Positions 47,245-57,877 of a stretch of DNA of 64,000 nt are shown one piece after another (the first letter of the stretch is position 1; each line of letters begins with the position of its first letter). The DNA is from an uncultured Actinomycetota bacterium (GTDB lineage Bacteria; Actinomycetota; Actinomycetes; Actinomycetales; Micrococcaceae), in assembly GCA_963775715.1 (NCBI GenBank), contig CAVZJX010000001.1:152336-216335 (forward strand). Direction: 5' to 3'. The position numbers were made by a program, and so were the translations under genes. The notes beneath the pieces are model-generated. The model saw only the letters and a list, made by a program, of their open reading frames with translations, searched no databases and had not been told where the DNA came from.

Positions 47245-49286
47245 ACGGCGATCTCCGGTTTCAGGGTCTTCAGCGTCCAGAACTTGTTCTTCCGAACGGC
47301 GACGGCGGACATTGCCAGTCCCAGGAAAGTGTAGCCAACCAGGCCCAGCATGGTGGGCAGGATGCTGGACAGCTCGGCGCCGTAGATCAGGTGCCGCATG
47401 CCGGTGACCACATAGCCCATCGGCAGGACCTGGTGCACCACGTGCAGCGGCTGCGGTGTGGTCTGCCAGGGGAAGGTGCCGCCGGAAGAAACCAGCTGCA
47501 GGACCAGCAGGATCAGCACCACCAGCTTGCCGGGCGAACCCAGCAGCGCCACGACGCCCTGGATGATCGCGCTGAACGCCATCGCGGCGGCCAGCATCAG
47601 GACCCACATCAGCACCGGGTGGGCCGGGTTCAGGCCCAGCCCGACGTCCACCACAAGCGTCAGCAGGCTGGCCTGGAGTGCGGCGACCGTCAGGAACGGC
47701 AGCCAGCCGCCGACGGCGATTTTCCATGCCGGCGCGTTCGAGGCCAGGGCGCGCTGGGTGACGGGGCGCATGGCCTGGACCAGCATAAAGATACCGATCC
47801 ACAGGGCCAGGGTGAGGAAGAACGGCGCCAGTCCGGCCCCGTAGGAACCGGCCTTGGCCTGGGAGACGTTGCTGACGGCGACAGGATCGGCCATCACCTT
47901 GGCGAGGCTGTTCTTTTGCGCGCCGTCCGGGTTGGGGACTTTCCCGGCGCCCTTGGCCAGTTCACCGGCCAGGGTCCCCGCACCGTCGGAGGCCTTCGCG
48001 GTGCCGCCCTCAAGCTGCGCCGCGCCGTCGTCGAGCTGCTGGGCGCCGCCGGCGAGCTTTTCCGCGCCGGCCAGGGCGCCCTGCTGCCCTGCGGCCAGCT
48101 GGGCGGAACCGCCGGCCAGCTGGTCCGCGCCGGCGGATGCCTTCCCGACGGCGTCGCTCAGCGCCGGGGCCGCCCCGGCGATTTTCGCGGCACCCGAGCT
48201 GACTGCGGCGGATCCGTCGGCCAGTTGCTGCACCGAGGCCGCCGCGCCCTTGAGGGCGGCTGCCGCGCCGGAGGGGGCCGGTGCGGCGTTGGCGTCGTAA
48301 TCGGCCAGGAGGGCGTCGGCCTGGGCCTGGGTGATGACCCCGGAGGCCACCAGCCGGCCGGCGGAGGCGGCGACCCGGGCGCGCTGCGCCTGGCCGGCTG
48401 CCTGCTCGGCGGAGGCCAGCTGGCCGGCCATTCCCTGCAGTTTGGTGTTCAGCGCGGCGTTTCCGGCGGCCACCTGGGCGGCGCCGTCGGCCAGCCGCTG
48501 TGAATCCGCGGGCAGCGTACCGGTCTTGTCCCTGAGCTGGCCCAGACCGGCGGAGAGCTGCCCGGCCCCGGCGTTCAGGGTGTTTGCGCCGTCGAGGAGC
48601 TTGCGCTGCCCGGCCACCAGCTCCCCGGCACCGTTGCGGAGCGAGGAGGTGCCCTGGTGCAGGCTGACGGCGCCGTCGTGCAGGGATGACACCCCGCCGG
48701 CAAGGTCATGGGCGCCGTCGGACGCCTTCAGCATCTGGGTGTGGATGGTGCCGAAGCCGGTGAGGAGCTGGTTCGCGGTCTCCTCGCCCACCTCCTTCGC
48801 TACCGTGCCGTGGACCGCGGTGGTGAGCTTGTCCACGATGGTGCCGAGCAAGTAGTTGTTGGCGTCGTTGGTGGTGACGTTCAGCATGGCCTGATTGGCG
48901 GCGTCGAAGCTGCCCGGCGAGGCCAGGTTGGCGGAGAAGTCCTTCGGGATCTTCAGCGCGAACGCGTACTCGCCGCTGCTCACGCCCTGGTCGGCGGCTT
49001 CTGCACTGGTGACGGTTTGCCAGTTGAAGACGTGGCCTTCAACGAGGTTGTCGGCGACCTTGCGGCCGGCCTCCAGCCGGGTGCCGTCGGAGGCGTTGGC
49101 GCCGGTGTCCTCCACCACGAGCGCGGCGTCGATCTGGTCGAGCTTGCCGTAGGGGTCCCAGTTGGCGTAGAGGTACACGGCCCCGTAGAGCAGCGGTACC
49201 AGGGTCAGCGCCAGGATGGTCAGCTTCGGCAGCAGACCGCCGGTCATGCGCTTGAGTTCGGAACGGGCCAGGCGCAGCACGGTCAT
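47241..49286 (-). CDS. YhgE/Pip family membrane protein
   Basis: LYGAVYLYANWDPY, repeated L.DGA..L..G helical repeats, C-terminal SSGGTFPWQTTP; GAGGA RBS before MTVLR. Confidence 0.9.
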   Translation of the reverse strand: MTVLRLARSELKRMTGGLLPKLTILALTLVPLLYGAVYLYANWDPYGKLDQIDAALVVEDTGANASDGTRLEAGRKVADNLVEGHVFNWQTVTSAEAADQGVSSGEYAFALKIPKDFSANLASPGSFDAANQAMLNVTTNDANNYLLGTIVDKLTTAVHGTVAKEVGEETANQLLTGFGTIHTQMLKASDGAHDLAGGVSSLHDGAVSLHQGTSSLRNGAGELVAGQRKLLDGANTLNAGAGQLSAGLGQLRDKTGTLPADSQRLADGAAQVAAGNAALNTKLQGMAGQLASAEQAAGQAQRARVAASAGRLVASGVITQAQADALLADYDANAAPAPSGAAAALKGAAASVQQLADGSAAVSSGAAKIAGAAPALSDAVGKASAGADQLAGGSAQLAAGQQGALAGAEKLAGGAQQLDDGAAQLEGGTAKASDGAGTLAGELAKGAGKVPNPDGAQKNSLAKVMADPVAVSNVSQAKAGSYGAGLAPFFLTLALWIGIFMLVQAMRPVTQRALASNAPAWKIAVGGWLPFLTVAALQASLLTLVVDVGLGLNPAHPVLMWVLMLAAAMAFSAIIQGVVALLGSPGKLVVLILLVLQLVSSGGTFPWQTTPQPLHVVHQVLPMGYVVTGMRHLIYGAELSSILPTMLGLVGYTFLGLAMSAVAVRKNKFWTLKTLKPEIAV

Positions 49287-49979
49287 CGGGCATCCTCGGG
49301 TTCGGGTTCGGGCTTCGGGCTCGGGTTCGGGTTGGGCTTCCGCCGGCTCCGGGGCCGGGACGGCGTTGCCGATCGCCGCAACCGGGCCGGTCCACCCGGA
49401 CGGGAGGCTGCCGACGGCGGCGACGACGGCGAGCGGCCGCCCGGCGTCGTACGCCAGCTCCTGAAGCCGCGGCAGCCAGTCCGCAGGGTCGCCGCTGTGC
49501 CGGTCCGGGGAGTCAACCACCAACAGGTCGGTGTGCGGGTTGGCCAGGGCCAGGGCTGTCAGGAGTTCGAGCCGGCGGTCCGCCGGCAGCTCGTCGGCCC
49601 AGCTACCGGCGATGTCCTCGAAGCGGTTGACCTTCAGCCAGGGCCCGCTGAGCAGCGCCCCGCGGTAGCGGCGGGGGACCAGCGCAAGATCCTCGGTGAC
49701 CAGGTCACGGACACTTAGGTGCTGTTCGGGTTCGTTCACGCCGGGGGAGTCGACGACGGCGGCCGCCTGCCGCAGCTGCTTGATCCTCGGGGACCTGTCC
49801 CACTCCAGGGTGCCGGACGAGGGTTTCATCCGGCCGCTCAGGGCCAGGGCCAGGGCGGTCCGCTGGTCCTGGCGCTTGCCGGTGACGAGCAGGAGCTCGC
49901 CCCGGACCGCCTGGAGCGAGGTGGGCGGCAGCAGGTGGTCCCGACGGCCCTTCACGAGGAGCTGTTGAACGCAGAGCAA
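49287..49979 (-). CDS. Degenerate ABC-ATPase-like protein, in frame with (fused to) YhgE in this sequence
   Basis: LLLVTG...LALALSGRMKPSSG, LLVVDSPD; no stop codon before the YhgE start. Confidence 0.7.
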
Positions 49980-50049
49980 GGGAAGCCTTTCGCAGAAATG
50001 ATCTACATCAAGGCTAACTAAACTGACCGGTCAGTTCAAATAGATGTGA

Positions 50050-50140
50050 GCGAACGGACACTTGCGGCCCCGGGGAGTGCGCGAACGGACACTTGCGGCC
50101 CCGGAAATCACCGCTTCCGGGGCCGCAAGTGTCCGTTCGC
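50050..50140. repeat. REP-like unit: two direct copies and one inverted copy of a 24-mer
   Basis: gcgaacggacacttgcggccccgg at 50050 and 50081; inverted at 50117-50140. Confidence 0.85.
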
Positions 50141-50142
50141 GC

Positions 50143-51600
50143 TTAGAGGCCGTAATCCTCCAGCAGCCGCAGCCACACCTCGCTGATCGTGGGGTAGGAG
50201 GGGACGGCGTGCCAGAGTCGGTGCAGTGGCACTTCGCCGACGACGGCGATCGTTGCCGCGTGCAGGAGCTCGGCGACATCCGGGCCGGCGAAGGTCGCAC
50301 CCAGCAGCACCTTGCGATCCTCGTCAACCACCAGCTGGGCCCAGCCCTCATAGTGCTCGGAATGCAGGGACGAACCCGCCACCTGGATGGGGAGCTGGAC
50401 GGAGCTGGCCCGGTACCCGTCCTTTTCCGCCTGGTCCAGGCTCCGGCCGACGCTGGCCAGTTCGGGATCGGTGAAGACAACGCTTGGGACGGCGTGCTCG
50501 TCTGCCGTATGGGCGTAGCCGCTCCAGGGCTCCGGATCGCCGGTGAGGGTGCCGTTGGCGCGGGCGGCAATCGCGTCACCGGTAACCCGCGCCTCGTACT
50601 TGCCCTGGTGGGTCAGCAAAACCTTGCCCGCGGCGTCGCCGACGGCGTAGAGCCAGGGGCTGTCGCCGTTGCCGTCCGCCCGCGGAACGAGTCCGCTCTG
50701 GTCGGGTTCCAGCCGCAGGGACTTCCCCTCCTCGGCCGCCAGCCCGACACTCTCCAGCCCGAGCCCCTCCAGCGCCGGGTGCCTGCCGGTGGCGACCAGG
50801 AGCTTGTCCACGGAGATACTGTGTCCGCCGTCGAGGCTGACGGTGAGCGAGCCGTCGTCGTTCTGCCGCACGCTTCGGGTCCCGGTGCGGAGGTGCAGTT
50901 CAACGCCGTCGGCACGGAGTCCCGCCTGGACCAGTTCGGACGCCGGCGCCGGGAAAGTGCCCAGAAGGCCGCCCCGGGCCACCAGGGTTACGGAAGACCC
51001 GAGCCGGGCAAACGCCTGCGCGAGTTCGGTTCCGGCCACGCCGCCGCCGAGCACGCCGAGCCGCGGCGGGATCTCGTGGGCCGATGTGGCCTCACGGGTG
51101 GTCCAGAAGTCGACGTCATTGAGGCCCTCGATGGGCGGGATGCTGGGGCGCGACCCCGTTGCCAGCACGACGGCGTGCCGTGCCGTGAGCGTGTAGCTGT
51201 TGCCGTCCAGCCCGGCTACCTCCGCGCGGCGGGGCCCGGTGATCCAGCCGTGGCCGCGGATCAGTTCGATCCCGGTGTCTTCGACCCACTTGACCTGGCT
51301 GTCGTCCTGCCAGTTGGAGGTGAAGTAGTCACGCCGCTTCAGTACGGCGGCGGCGTCGAGCACCCGGGTGACGGCCTCCTCGGCGCCGGGCACGCTCTGG
51401 GCGCCGTGCAGTGCGGTGCCGGGCCGCAGCAGGGCCTTCGAAGGCATGCATGCCCAGTACGAACACTCGCCGCCCACCAGTTCCGCCTCGACCAGGACGG
51501 CGGTCAATCCGCCCCGGACCACGCGCTCGGCGACGTTCTCGCCCACCGCCCCGGCTCCGATCACAATGACATCGAATTCACGCTCAACCTGTGCCGTCAT
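50143..51600 (-). CDS. Class I pyridine nucleotide-disulfide oxidoreductase (dihydrolipoamide dehydrogenase-like)
   Basis: VIGAGAVG, GGECSYWACMPSK, GGGVAG, AVGD, HAVPSYPT. Confidence 0.88.
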   Translation of the reverse strand: MTAQVEREFDVIVIGAGAVGENVAERVVRGGLTAVLVEAELVGGECSYWACMPSKALLRPGTALHGAQSVPGAEEAVTRVLDAAAVLKRRDYFTSNWQDDSQVKWVEDTGIELIRGHGWITGPRRAEVAGLDGNSYTLTARHAVVLATGSRPSIPPIEGLNDVDFWTTREATSAHEIPPRLGVLGGGVAGTELAQAFARLGSSVTLVARGGLLGTFPAPASELVQAGLRADGVELHLRTGTRSVRQNDDGSLTVSLDGGHSISVDKLLVATGRHPALEGLGLESVGLAAEEGKSLRLEPDQSGLVPRADGNGDSPWLYAVGDAAGKVLLTHQGKYEARVTGDAIAARANGTLTGDPEPWSGYAHTADEHAVPSVVFTDPELASVGRSLDQAEKDGYRASSVQLPIQVAGSSLHSEHYEGWAQLVVDEDRKVLLGATFAGPDVAELLHAATIAVVGEVPLHRLWHAVPSYPTISEVWLRLLEDYGL

Positions 51601-51727
51601 GGCAACAGCCTAGCCCCGCCGGCAGTTTCGCAATGGGTCCGCGCCGGCTGCCGCCGCCCGGAGCGGCTGCGTCCCCAGGCGGCGGGGTCTCCGGCCGCGG
51701 CTGTCTCGGGATGCGCGGCCGGAAAAC

Positions 51728-51763
51728 AAAAAAGATCCGCACCGGCGAACCGGTGCGGATCTT
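51728..51763 (-). terminator. Terminator downstream of tRNA-Arg
   Basis: aagatccgcaccgg-cgaa-ccggtgcggatctt with a T-run on the minus strand. Confidence 0.8.
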
Positions 51764-51770
51764 CACTTTG

Positions 51771-51844
<74 letters not shown>

Positions 51845-52123
51845 ATTCTCGGATCTTCGGGAACTTCCTGCTCCCTCGAACCTCGAATTACTTTACGCGA
51901 GATCGGCCCGTAGTTCCAAATCAGAGACCCTGTAATCTGCCCGACTAGACCGGTCTATGTGACCTTACTCACAAAATGGGAATGCTTTCGGGATGTCGAT
52001 CCTTGATTTTCCGCGGTTTTTGTCTTCCGGGGACGCCGTCAAGCCGTATTTGGTCCCGGTTCCGGACCGTTCGGGAGACCTAGCATTTAGGACACACCAC
52101 TGAACCCGAGGAAGGGAACCGTA

Positions 52124-53956
52124 ATGGGCGATCTGGCGCGACTGCCGCTGCTTGAGAAAGCACCCACCACACACGCTGGACTGCTGGCGTGGGTTGAAGA
52201 GGTAGCTGAACTGACCCAACCGGACCGGATCCACTGGGTAGATGGTTCGGAACAGGAGAACACCCGGCTCACGGACGAGCTCGTGGCCGCCGGCACTCTG
52301 ACCCGGCTGAACGAGAAGCTGTTCCCGAATTCCTTCGCTGCGTTCTCGGACCCCGCCGATGTGGCCCGCGTCGAAGAGCAGACCTTTATCTGCTCCGAGA
52401 ACGAGCGCGACGCCGGCTTCACGAACAACTGGATGGCTCCGGCGGAGATGAAGGAGAAGCTGCGCGGACTGTTCAGCGGCTCCATGCGCGGCCGCACCAT
52501 GTACGTCATCCCCTTCGTTATGGGCCACCTCGACGCCGAGGACCCGAAGTTCGGCGTGGAGATCACGGACAGCGCCTACGTGGTGGCCTCGATGCGCATC
52601 ATGGCCACGATCGGCACCGAGGTGCTGGATAAGATCACTGCCACGGACGCCTTCTTCGTCCCGGCCCTGCACTCCCTCGGCGCGCCGTTGGCAGCCGGCC
52701 AGGCCGACGTCGCCTGGCCGTGCAACCCGGACAAGTGGATCGTGCACTTCCCCGAGGAGCGTTCCATCTGGTCCTTCGGTTCCGGCTACGGCGGCAACGC
52801 CCTGCTCGGCAAGAAGTGCTACGCGCTGCGCATCGCCTCGGTCATGGCCCGGGACGAAGGCTGGCTGGCGGAGCACATGCTCATCCTGAAGCTGACCTCG
52901 CCGGAGAAGAAGAATTACTACGTCTCCGCGGCCTTCCCATCAGCCTGCGGCAAGACCAACCTTGCCCTGCTGGACCCGACCATCGAGGGCTGGAAAGTCG
53001 AGACGCTCGGCGATGACATCACCTGGATGCGGATCGGCAAGGAAGGCGAACTGCGCGCCACCAACCCGGAAGCCGGCCTGTTCGGCGTCGCCCCCGGCAC
53101 CGGCTGGGGCACCAACCCCAACGCCATGCGCGCCATTGCCAAGGGCCACAGCATCTTCACCAACGTCGCCCTCACGGACGACGGCGGTGTCTGGTGGGAG
53201 GGGATGACCGACGAGGTTCCGGCGCACCTGATCGACTGGCAGGGCAACGACTGGACGCCGGCGTCGGACAAGCCTGCTGCGCACCCCAACTCCCGGTTCT
53301 GCACCCCGATCGCCCAGGTCGACATGCTCGCCGAGGAATACTACAACCCCGACGGCGTGGAGATTTCCGCGATCCTCTTCGGCGGCCGGCGCAAGACCAC
53401 GGTTCCGCTGGTGACCCAGGCCCGCAGCTGGTCCAACGGGATCTTTATGGGTTCCACGCTGTCCTCGGAAACCACGGCCGCCGCGGCCGGGCAGGTCGGT
53501 GTGGTGCGCCGCGACCCGATGGCCATGCTCCCGTTCATCGGCTACGACGCCGGCGATTACCTGAAGCACTGGATCAGCGTCTCGGGCAAGGCCAATCCGG
53601 AGCGGCTGCCGCACATCTTCCTGGTCAACTGGTTCCGCCGCACGGCCGACGGCGGCTTCGCCTGGCCCGGGTTCGGCGATAACGCCCGTGTCCTCAAGTG
53701 GGCCATCGAACGCATCGAGGGCAAGGCCGACGCGGTCGAGACGCCGATCGGCTTCGTTCCGACCGGCCAGGCGCTGGACCTGACCGGCCTGGACCTGACC
53801 CACGCCCACGTTGAAGACGCCGTCCGCGTCGACCGCGAAGAGTGGGACGCCGAGCTGGCTTCCATCGAGGAGTGGTACGCCAAGTTCGGCGACTCGCTGC
53901 CGGCGGCGCTGCGCTCGGAGCTCGATTCCCTTAAGGAGCGGATGTCCGCGCACTAG
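52124..53956 (+). CDS. pckG: Phosphoenolpyruvate carboxykinase (GTP)
   Basis: [28 protein letters not shown]-like LGDDI, HPNSRF. Confidence 0.96.
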   Translation: MGDLARLPLLEKAPTTHAGLLAWVEEVAELTQPDRIHWVDGSEQENTRLTDELVAAGTLTRLNEKLFPNSFAAFSDPADVARVEEQTFICSENERDAGFTNNWMAPAEMKEKLRGLFSGSMRGRTMYVIPFVMGHLDAEDPKFGVEITDSAYVVASMRIMATIGTEVLDKITATDAFFVPALHSLGAPLAAGQADVAWPCNPDKWIVHFPEERSIWSFGSGYGGNALLGKKCYALRIASVMARDEGWLAEHMLILKLTSPEKKNYYVSAAFPSACGKTNLALLDPTIEGWKVETLGDDITWMRIGKEGELRATNPEAGLFGVAPGTGWGTNPNAMRAIAKGHSIFTNVALTDDGGVWWEGMTDEVPAHLIDWQGNDWTPASDKPAAHPNSRFCTPIAQVDMLAEEYYNPDGVEISAILFGGRRKTTVPLVTQARSWSNGIFMGSTLSSETTAAAAGQVGVVRRDPMAMLPFIGYDAGDYLKHWISVSGKANPERLPHIFLVNWFRRTADGGFAWPGFGDNARVLKWAIERIEGKADAVETPIGFVPTGQALDLTGLDLTHAHVEDAVRVDREEWDAELASIEEWYAKFGDSLPAALRSELDSLKERMSAH

Positions 53957-53970
53957 CAGGCAGCTGACCC

Positions 53971-54018
53971 GACGACGGCGGCCCCGCACCTTCTCAAAGG
54001 TGCGGGGCCGCCGTCGTC
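53971..54018. terminator. Hairpin between convergent pckG and hmp
   Basis: gacgacggcggccccgcacc..ggtgcggggccgccgtcgtc. Confidence 0.75.
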
Positions 54019-54032
54019 AGTCGATGGGGGGC

Positions 54033-55193
54033 CTAGTTGGCGAGCCAGATGTCCGGGCCGAAGACCTCGTAGTGGATTTTGGTGGCGGGGATGCCGGCGT
54101 TGATGGCCTCGTTGCGGATGTTCTTCATGAACGGCAGCGGGCCGCACAGGTACAGCGAGGCGTTGGCCGGCAGGTCCACGTCGCGCAGCGACATAAAGCC
54201 CGCTTTGGCCCCCGCTTCGGGCCGCTCGAGCCAGAGCTGCAGTTCGGCCCCGTCGAGGCGCTCGACGTCGTCCGTCATCTGGGAGCGCAGCGCCCAGCTG
54301 TCCAGGCTGCTCTCGGCGTGCAGGACCAGCACCTGGCGGCCCGAGCCGGTCTCGGCGAGCGAGCGCAGGATCGAGGCGGACGGCGTGCAGCCGATGCCGG
54401 CGGAAGCCAGGACCACGGGGCCGTCGCTCTCCTTGAGTGTGATTTCGCCGTACGGGTTGGAGATCTCGAGGATATCGCCGACCTCGACGTCGCGGTGCAG
54501 CACGGGTGAGACCTCGCCGCCGTCGTCGAGCTTGGTGGTGAAGCTGCGGCTGGTGCCCGCGTCGCCGGAGAGCGAGTACTGGCGGACTTGGCGCAGCCCG
54601 TCCGGAAGGGCGACCTTGACGCTGACGTACTGGCCCGGGAGGGCGGGGGTGATGGGGGTGTCGTCGGCGGGTTCCAGGGTGAAGGTCATGGAACCGGTGC
54701 CGGCAGCAGTCTTGGCCGCGACCTTCCACGGGGTCCACATCTTGCCGTTGGCCTGGCTGGCGTAAAGGCCTTTCTCGAGCTTGATCAGCGCATCGGCCAT
54801 CAGCCAGTAGACCTCGGTCCAGGCTTCGGCGATTTCCGGGGTGATGACCTCGGCCAGGTCCTCGGCGATGGCGGCGAACAGGTGCTCGTAGACCACCTGG
54901 TACTGGGGCTCGGTGATGCCGAGCGAGGCGTGGCGGTGCGCGATGCGCGACAGCACGGTCTCCGGCAGGGTGCCCGGGTTGCTCACCAGGTGGCTGGCGA
55001 AAGCCGCGATGCTTCCGGCCAGGGCCTGCTGCTGGTTGCCCGAGCGCTGGTTGGAGCGGCTGAACAACCCGTCCAGCAGTTCGGGGTGCGCGCCGAAAAG
55101 CCGGGCGTAGAACTTGGGGGTGATCTCACCGATCCGGGAACCGACCAGCGGCAGGGTGGCCTCGATGACGGGGAAGGACTTGTCCGAGAGCAT
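54033..55193 (-). CDS. hmp: Flavohemoglobin (globin plus FAD/NAD reductase), NO dioxygenase-like
   Basis: Globin N-terminus (FYARLF..HPEL..LF; IAHRHASLGI), RQYSLS, SAGIGCTP, LCGPLPFM, EVFGP. Confidence 0.88.
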   Translation of the reverse strand: MLSDKSFPVIEATLPLVGSRIGEITPKFYARLFGAHPELLDGLFSRSNQRSGNQQQALAGSIAAFASHLVSNPGTLPETVLSRIAHRHASLGITEPQYQVVYEHLFAAIAEDLAEVITPEIAEAWTEVYWLMADALIKLEKGLYASQANGKMWTPWKVAAKTAAGTGSMTFTLEPADDTPITPALPGQYVSVKVALPDGLRQVRQYSLSGDAGTSRSFTTKLDDGGEVSPVLHRDVEVGDILEISNPYGEITLKESDGPVVLASAGIGCTPSASILRSLAETGSGRQVLVLHAESSLDSWALRSQMTDDVERLDGAELQLWLERPEAGAKAGFMSLRDVDLPANASLYLCGPLPFMKNIRNEAINAGIPATKIHYEVFGPDIWLAN

Positions 55194-55243
55194 TGCTGAC
55201 TCCTGAGATAGTGGCCCGGAGTCTTCCACCGGACCGTTTCCGA

Positions 55244-55270
55244 AATACCTGCATTTCAAATACAAGTATT
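55244..55270. promoter_or_regulatory. NsrR-type operator
   Basis: aatacctgcatt-tca-aatacaagtatt imperfect palindrome; core TGCATTTnAAATACA matches known NsrR boxes; about 50 bp upstream of hmp. Confidence 0.75.
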
Positions 55271-55357
55271 TATGCCTCAGTTCTACACGGCGTAGAAATA
55301 GCTTTGCAAATCGGCGGCGCCGGGCGGTTCTCCGGCCGGCCGGCGGGAAGGCGCGGA

Positions 55358-55807
55358 CTAGAGCCCGGGGCGCAGCCCGATCGCCTGAAAGACGGGGTTC
55401 ATCTGCCGCGGGGTGGGCAGTGACGCCACAACAATGTCGTCAAGCTCACGGTAGAAGGCTTCGCGGGCACGGCCCAGGGCGCCGCGGAGCCGGCATTCGT
55501 TGATCAGGGGACAGCTGCCTGCGGCGGCCACGCAGTCGGCCGGGTCGGTGCGGGTGTCCAGGGCGCGCAGCAACTGCCCGACGGTGGCCGCGCGGCCCGC
55601 TGCGCTGAGCCGGGAGCCGCCGTTCCGGCCCCGTTCAACGTCGATCAGGCCCAGTTCGCGCAGCTTCGCCATCGCCTTGCTGACGTGGTTGTAGGGCGTG
55701 CCGACGGCGTCCGCGATGCTCTGCGTGGTGAGCAGGTCACCGTTGCCGGCGGCCGCAAGCACCATCATGGCGCGCAGGCTTACGTCCGCGAAGGCGTTGA
55801 TCTTCAT
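55358..55807 (-). CDS. nsrR: Rrf2 family regulator, NsrR-like
   Basis: MKINAFADVSLR, GRNGGSRL, three Cys (CV..SCPL..C); directly upstream of hmp. Confidence 0.8.
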   Translation of the reverse strand: MKINAFADVSLRAMMVLAAAGNGDLLTTQSIADAVGTPYNHVSKAMAKLRELGLIDVERGRNGGSRLSAAGRAATVGQLLRALDTRTDPADCVAAAGSCPLINECRLRGALGRAREAFYRELDDIVVASLPTPRQMNPVFQAIGLRPGL

Positions 55808-55820
55808 TGCACCGCCTGGT

Positions 55821-56330
55821 CTAGTCCACCCAGACGGCGGGTTCGTTGGTGTCCGCGGCGAGCTCGCCGAACTCCAGCTCGCTGGAGTCCGGGCGGGCGG
55901 CATAGGGCAGCACCGCGGCGAACACGGAGCCGTCCTGGTGCTCGGCCGCGACGTGGATGGCGTCCGAGTCCTCTTCCAGCAGGGTGATGTCACAGACGAT
56001 TGCGGCGGCGCGGAACTCGTCCCGGTGCTGCCGCAGCAGCTCGGTGAGGTCGTTGATCATGCCGTCGGCGTCGAAATCCGCGTCACTGTCCCCGGCCGCA
56101 TCCGCGGGCGTGACCGCGACGAGGCGCACCTCGCCGTCGTTTTCCACCACGAGGGCGAACGGGAGGAATCCGCCGTTGCGCTCCAGCTGTTCCTGGGCCG
56201 CGCCCACCCCGGTCCCGAGCAGGTTCTCCAGGTCGGTGGCGCTGGCATCCGGCACCGAGCCGCGCCAGGAATCCTCGGCGGGGTCCGTCGGTTGCAGGGC
56301 CTCGACCGGGTTTTCGGCGGAGCCGGTCAC
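55821..56330 (-). CDS. Conserved hypothetical acidic protein
   Basis: GC3-biased ORF co-oriented between PMM and the Rrf2 gene. Confidence 0.7.
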   Translation of the reverse strand: MTGSAENPVEALQPTDPAEDSWRGSVPDASATDLENLLGTGVGAAQEQLERNGGFLPFALVVENDGEVRLVAVTPADAAGDSDADFDADGMINDLTELLRQHRDEFRAAAIVCDITLLEEDSDAIHVAAEHQDGSVFAAVLPYAARPDSSELEFGELAADTNEPAVWVD

Positions 56331-56335
56331 GGCCT

Positions 56336-57754
56336 TCAGCCCCTGACCAGGGCCAGGACGCGGTCCCGGACGCGTTCCATGGTCTCCTGGTCCGTGGCTT
56401 CGACGTTCAGGCGGAGGAAAGGCTCGGTGTTGGACGGGCGCAGGTTGAACCAGTAGCTGCCGTCGGCCGCGAGGAAGGTGCTGCCGTCCAGGTAGTCCAC
56501 CTCGACGTCTTCGTTGTGGAAGTCCAGGCGGACCCGTTCGACCGCGGCGGCCTTGTCCTCGATTTCGGAGTTGATCTCGCCGGAGGACCGGTACGGTTCG
56601 TATTCGCGGCCGAGTTCGGACAACGGGCCGTCCTGCTCGCCGAGGGCCGCCAGGACGTGCATGGCGGCCAGCATGCCGGTGTCCGCGTTCCAGAAGTCGC
56701 GGAAGTAGAAGTGCGCGGAGTGCTCACCGCCGAAGATCGCGCCTTCCGCCGCCATGACGGCCTTGATGAACGAGTGTCCCACCCGGGTGCGGAAGGCGCG
56801 GCCGCCGTCGTTGGCCACCAGCTCGGGCACTGCCCGGGAGGTCAAGAGGTTGTGGATGATCGTCGGTGTTTCCTCGCCGTTGGCCTTGGCGCGGGCGATC
56901 TCGCGGCGGGCGACCATGCCGGTCACGGCTGACGGCGAGACCGGCTCACCCTTTTCGTCGATCACGAAGCAGCGGTCCGCGTCGCCGTCGAACGCCAACC
57001 CGATATCGGCGCCGTGCTCCACGACGGCGGCCTGCAGGTCGCGGAGGTTCTCCGGCTCCAGCGGGTTGGCGGGGTGGTTCGGGAAGGAACCGTCGAGCTC
57101 GAAGTAGAGCGGAATGATCTCAAGCGGCAGCTTGGGCAGCAGCGTGTCGCCCAGCACCGCCGGCGTCGTCATGCCGGCCATGCCGTTGCCGGCGTCCACC
57201 ACGACCTTGAGCGGGCGCGACCCGCGCAGGTCAACGAGGCTGCGCAGGTACTCGGAGTAGTCCTGGAGGACATCCCGCACGCTGATCAGGCCGCGGCTGC
57301 CGTCCGCGGGGATGGACCCGGCGTTGAGGTACTCCTCGGCGAGGGCCTGGATCTCCTTGAGCCCGGTTTCGGAAGAGATCGGCACGGCGCCGGCCTTGGC
57401 CATCTTGATGCCGTTGTATTCGGCCGGGTTGTGGCTTGCGGTGAACGTGGCGCCGGCCGCGTTCAGGGCGCCGCAGGCGTAGTACAGCTCGTCGGTGGAA
57501 ATCAGGTCCAGCAGCTGGACGTTCGCGCCGCGGGTTGCCGCACCGTTGGCGAAGGCCCGGCTGAATTCGGGGGAGGAGGGGCGCATGTCGCCGCCGACCA
57601 GCACTGTCTGTCCGGCCAGGCCGAGGACATCCACGAAGGCGGCCCCGACGGCTTCGACGATTTCGGCGGTGATGGAATCGCCCACAATTCCGCGCACGTC
57701 GTAGGCCTTGAAGGAAGCCGAGAGGTCAAAAGTCTTCGTCTGGTCGCTAGTCAC
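56336..57754 (-). CDS. Phosphomannomutase/phosphoglucomutase
   Basis: FKAYDVRG, TASHNP, DGDADR, GEHSAH, RPSNTEP. Confidence 0.93.
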   Translation of the reverse strand: MTSDQTKTFDLSASFKAYDVRGIVGDSITAEIVEAVGAAFVDVLGLAGQTVLVGGDMRPSSPEFSRAFANGAATRGANVQLLDLISTDELYYACGALNAAGATFTASHNPAEYNGIKMAKAGAVPISSETGLKEIQALAEEYLNAGSIPADGSRGLISVRDVLQDYSEYLRSLVDLRGSRPLKVVVDAGNGMAGMTTPAVLGDTLLPKLPLEIIPLYFELDGSFPNHPANPLEPENLRDLQAAVVEHGADIGLAFDGDADRCFVIDEKGEPVSPSAVTGMVARREIARAKANGEETPTIIHNLLTSRAVPELVANDGGRAFRTRVGHSFIKAVMAAEGAIFGGEHSAHFYFRDFWNADTGMLAAMHVLAALGEQDGPLSELGREYEPYRSSGEINSEIEDKAAAVERVRLDFHNEDVEVDYLDGSTFLAADGSYWFNLRPSNTEPFLRLNVEATDQETMERVRDRVLALVRG

Positions 57755-57877
57755 GGCTCCTATCTTACGGGGAAGCCTCCCGCGGCAGCCCGGGACGGGC
57801 CCGGTATGTGGATAAGCCGTGTCCACATACCGCCGGCCGGCTTCGCGGCTGTCGGAGGGGGCTGGGATACTGAATCA

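Noticed and set aside
46603-47802. 399-aa TetR ORF
   Set aside because: The extension overlaps yhgE in another frame; the TetR starts at 47244.
57014-57877. N-terminal extension making RecQ 1017 aa
   Set aside because: It is the antisense of the phosphomannomutase gene; the RecQ-like sequence starts at MADIQ (57878).
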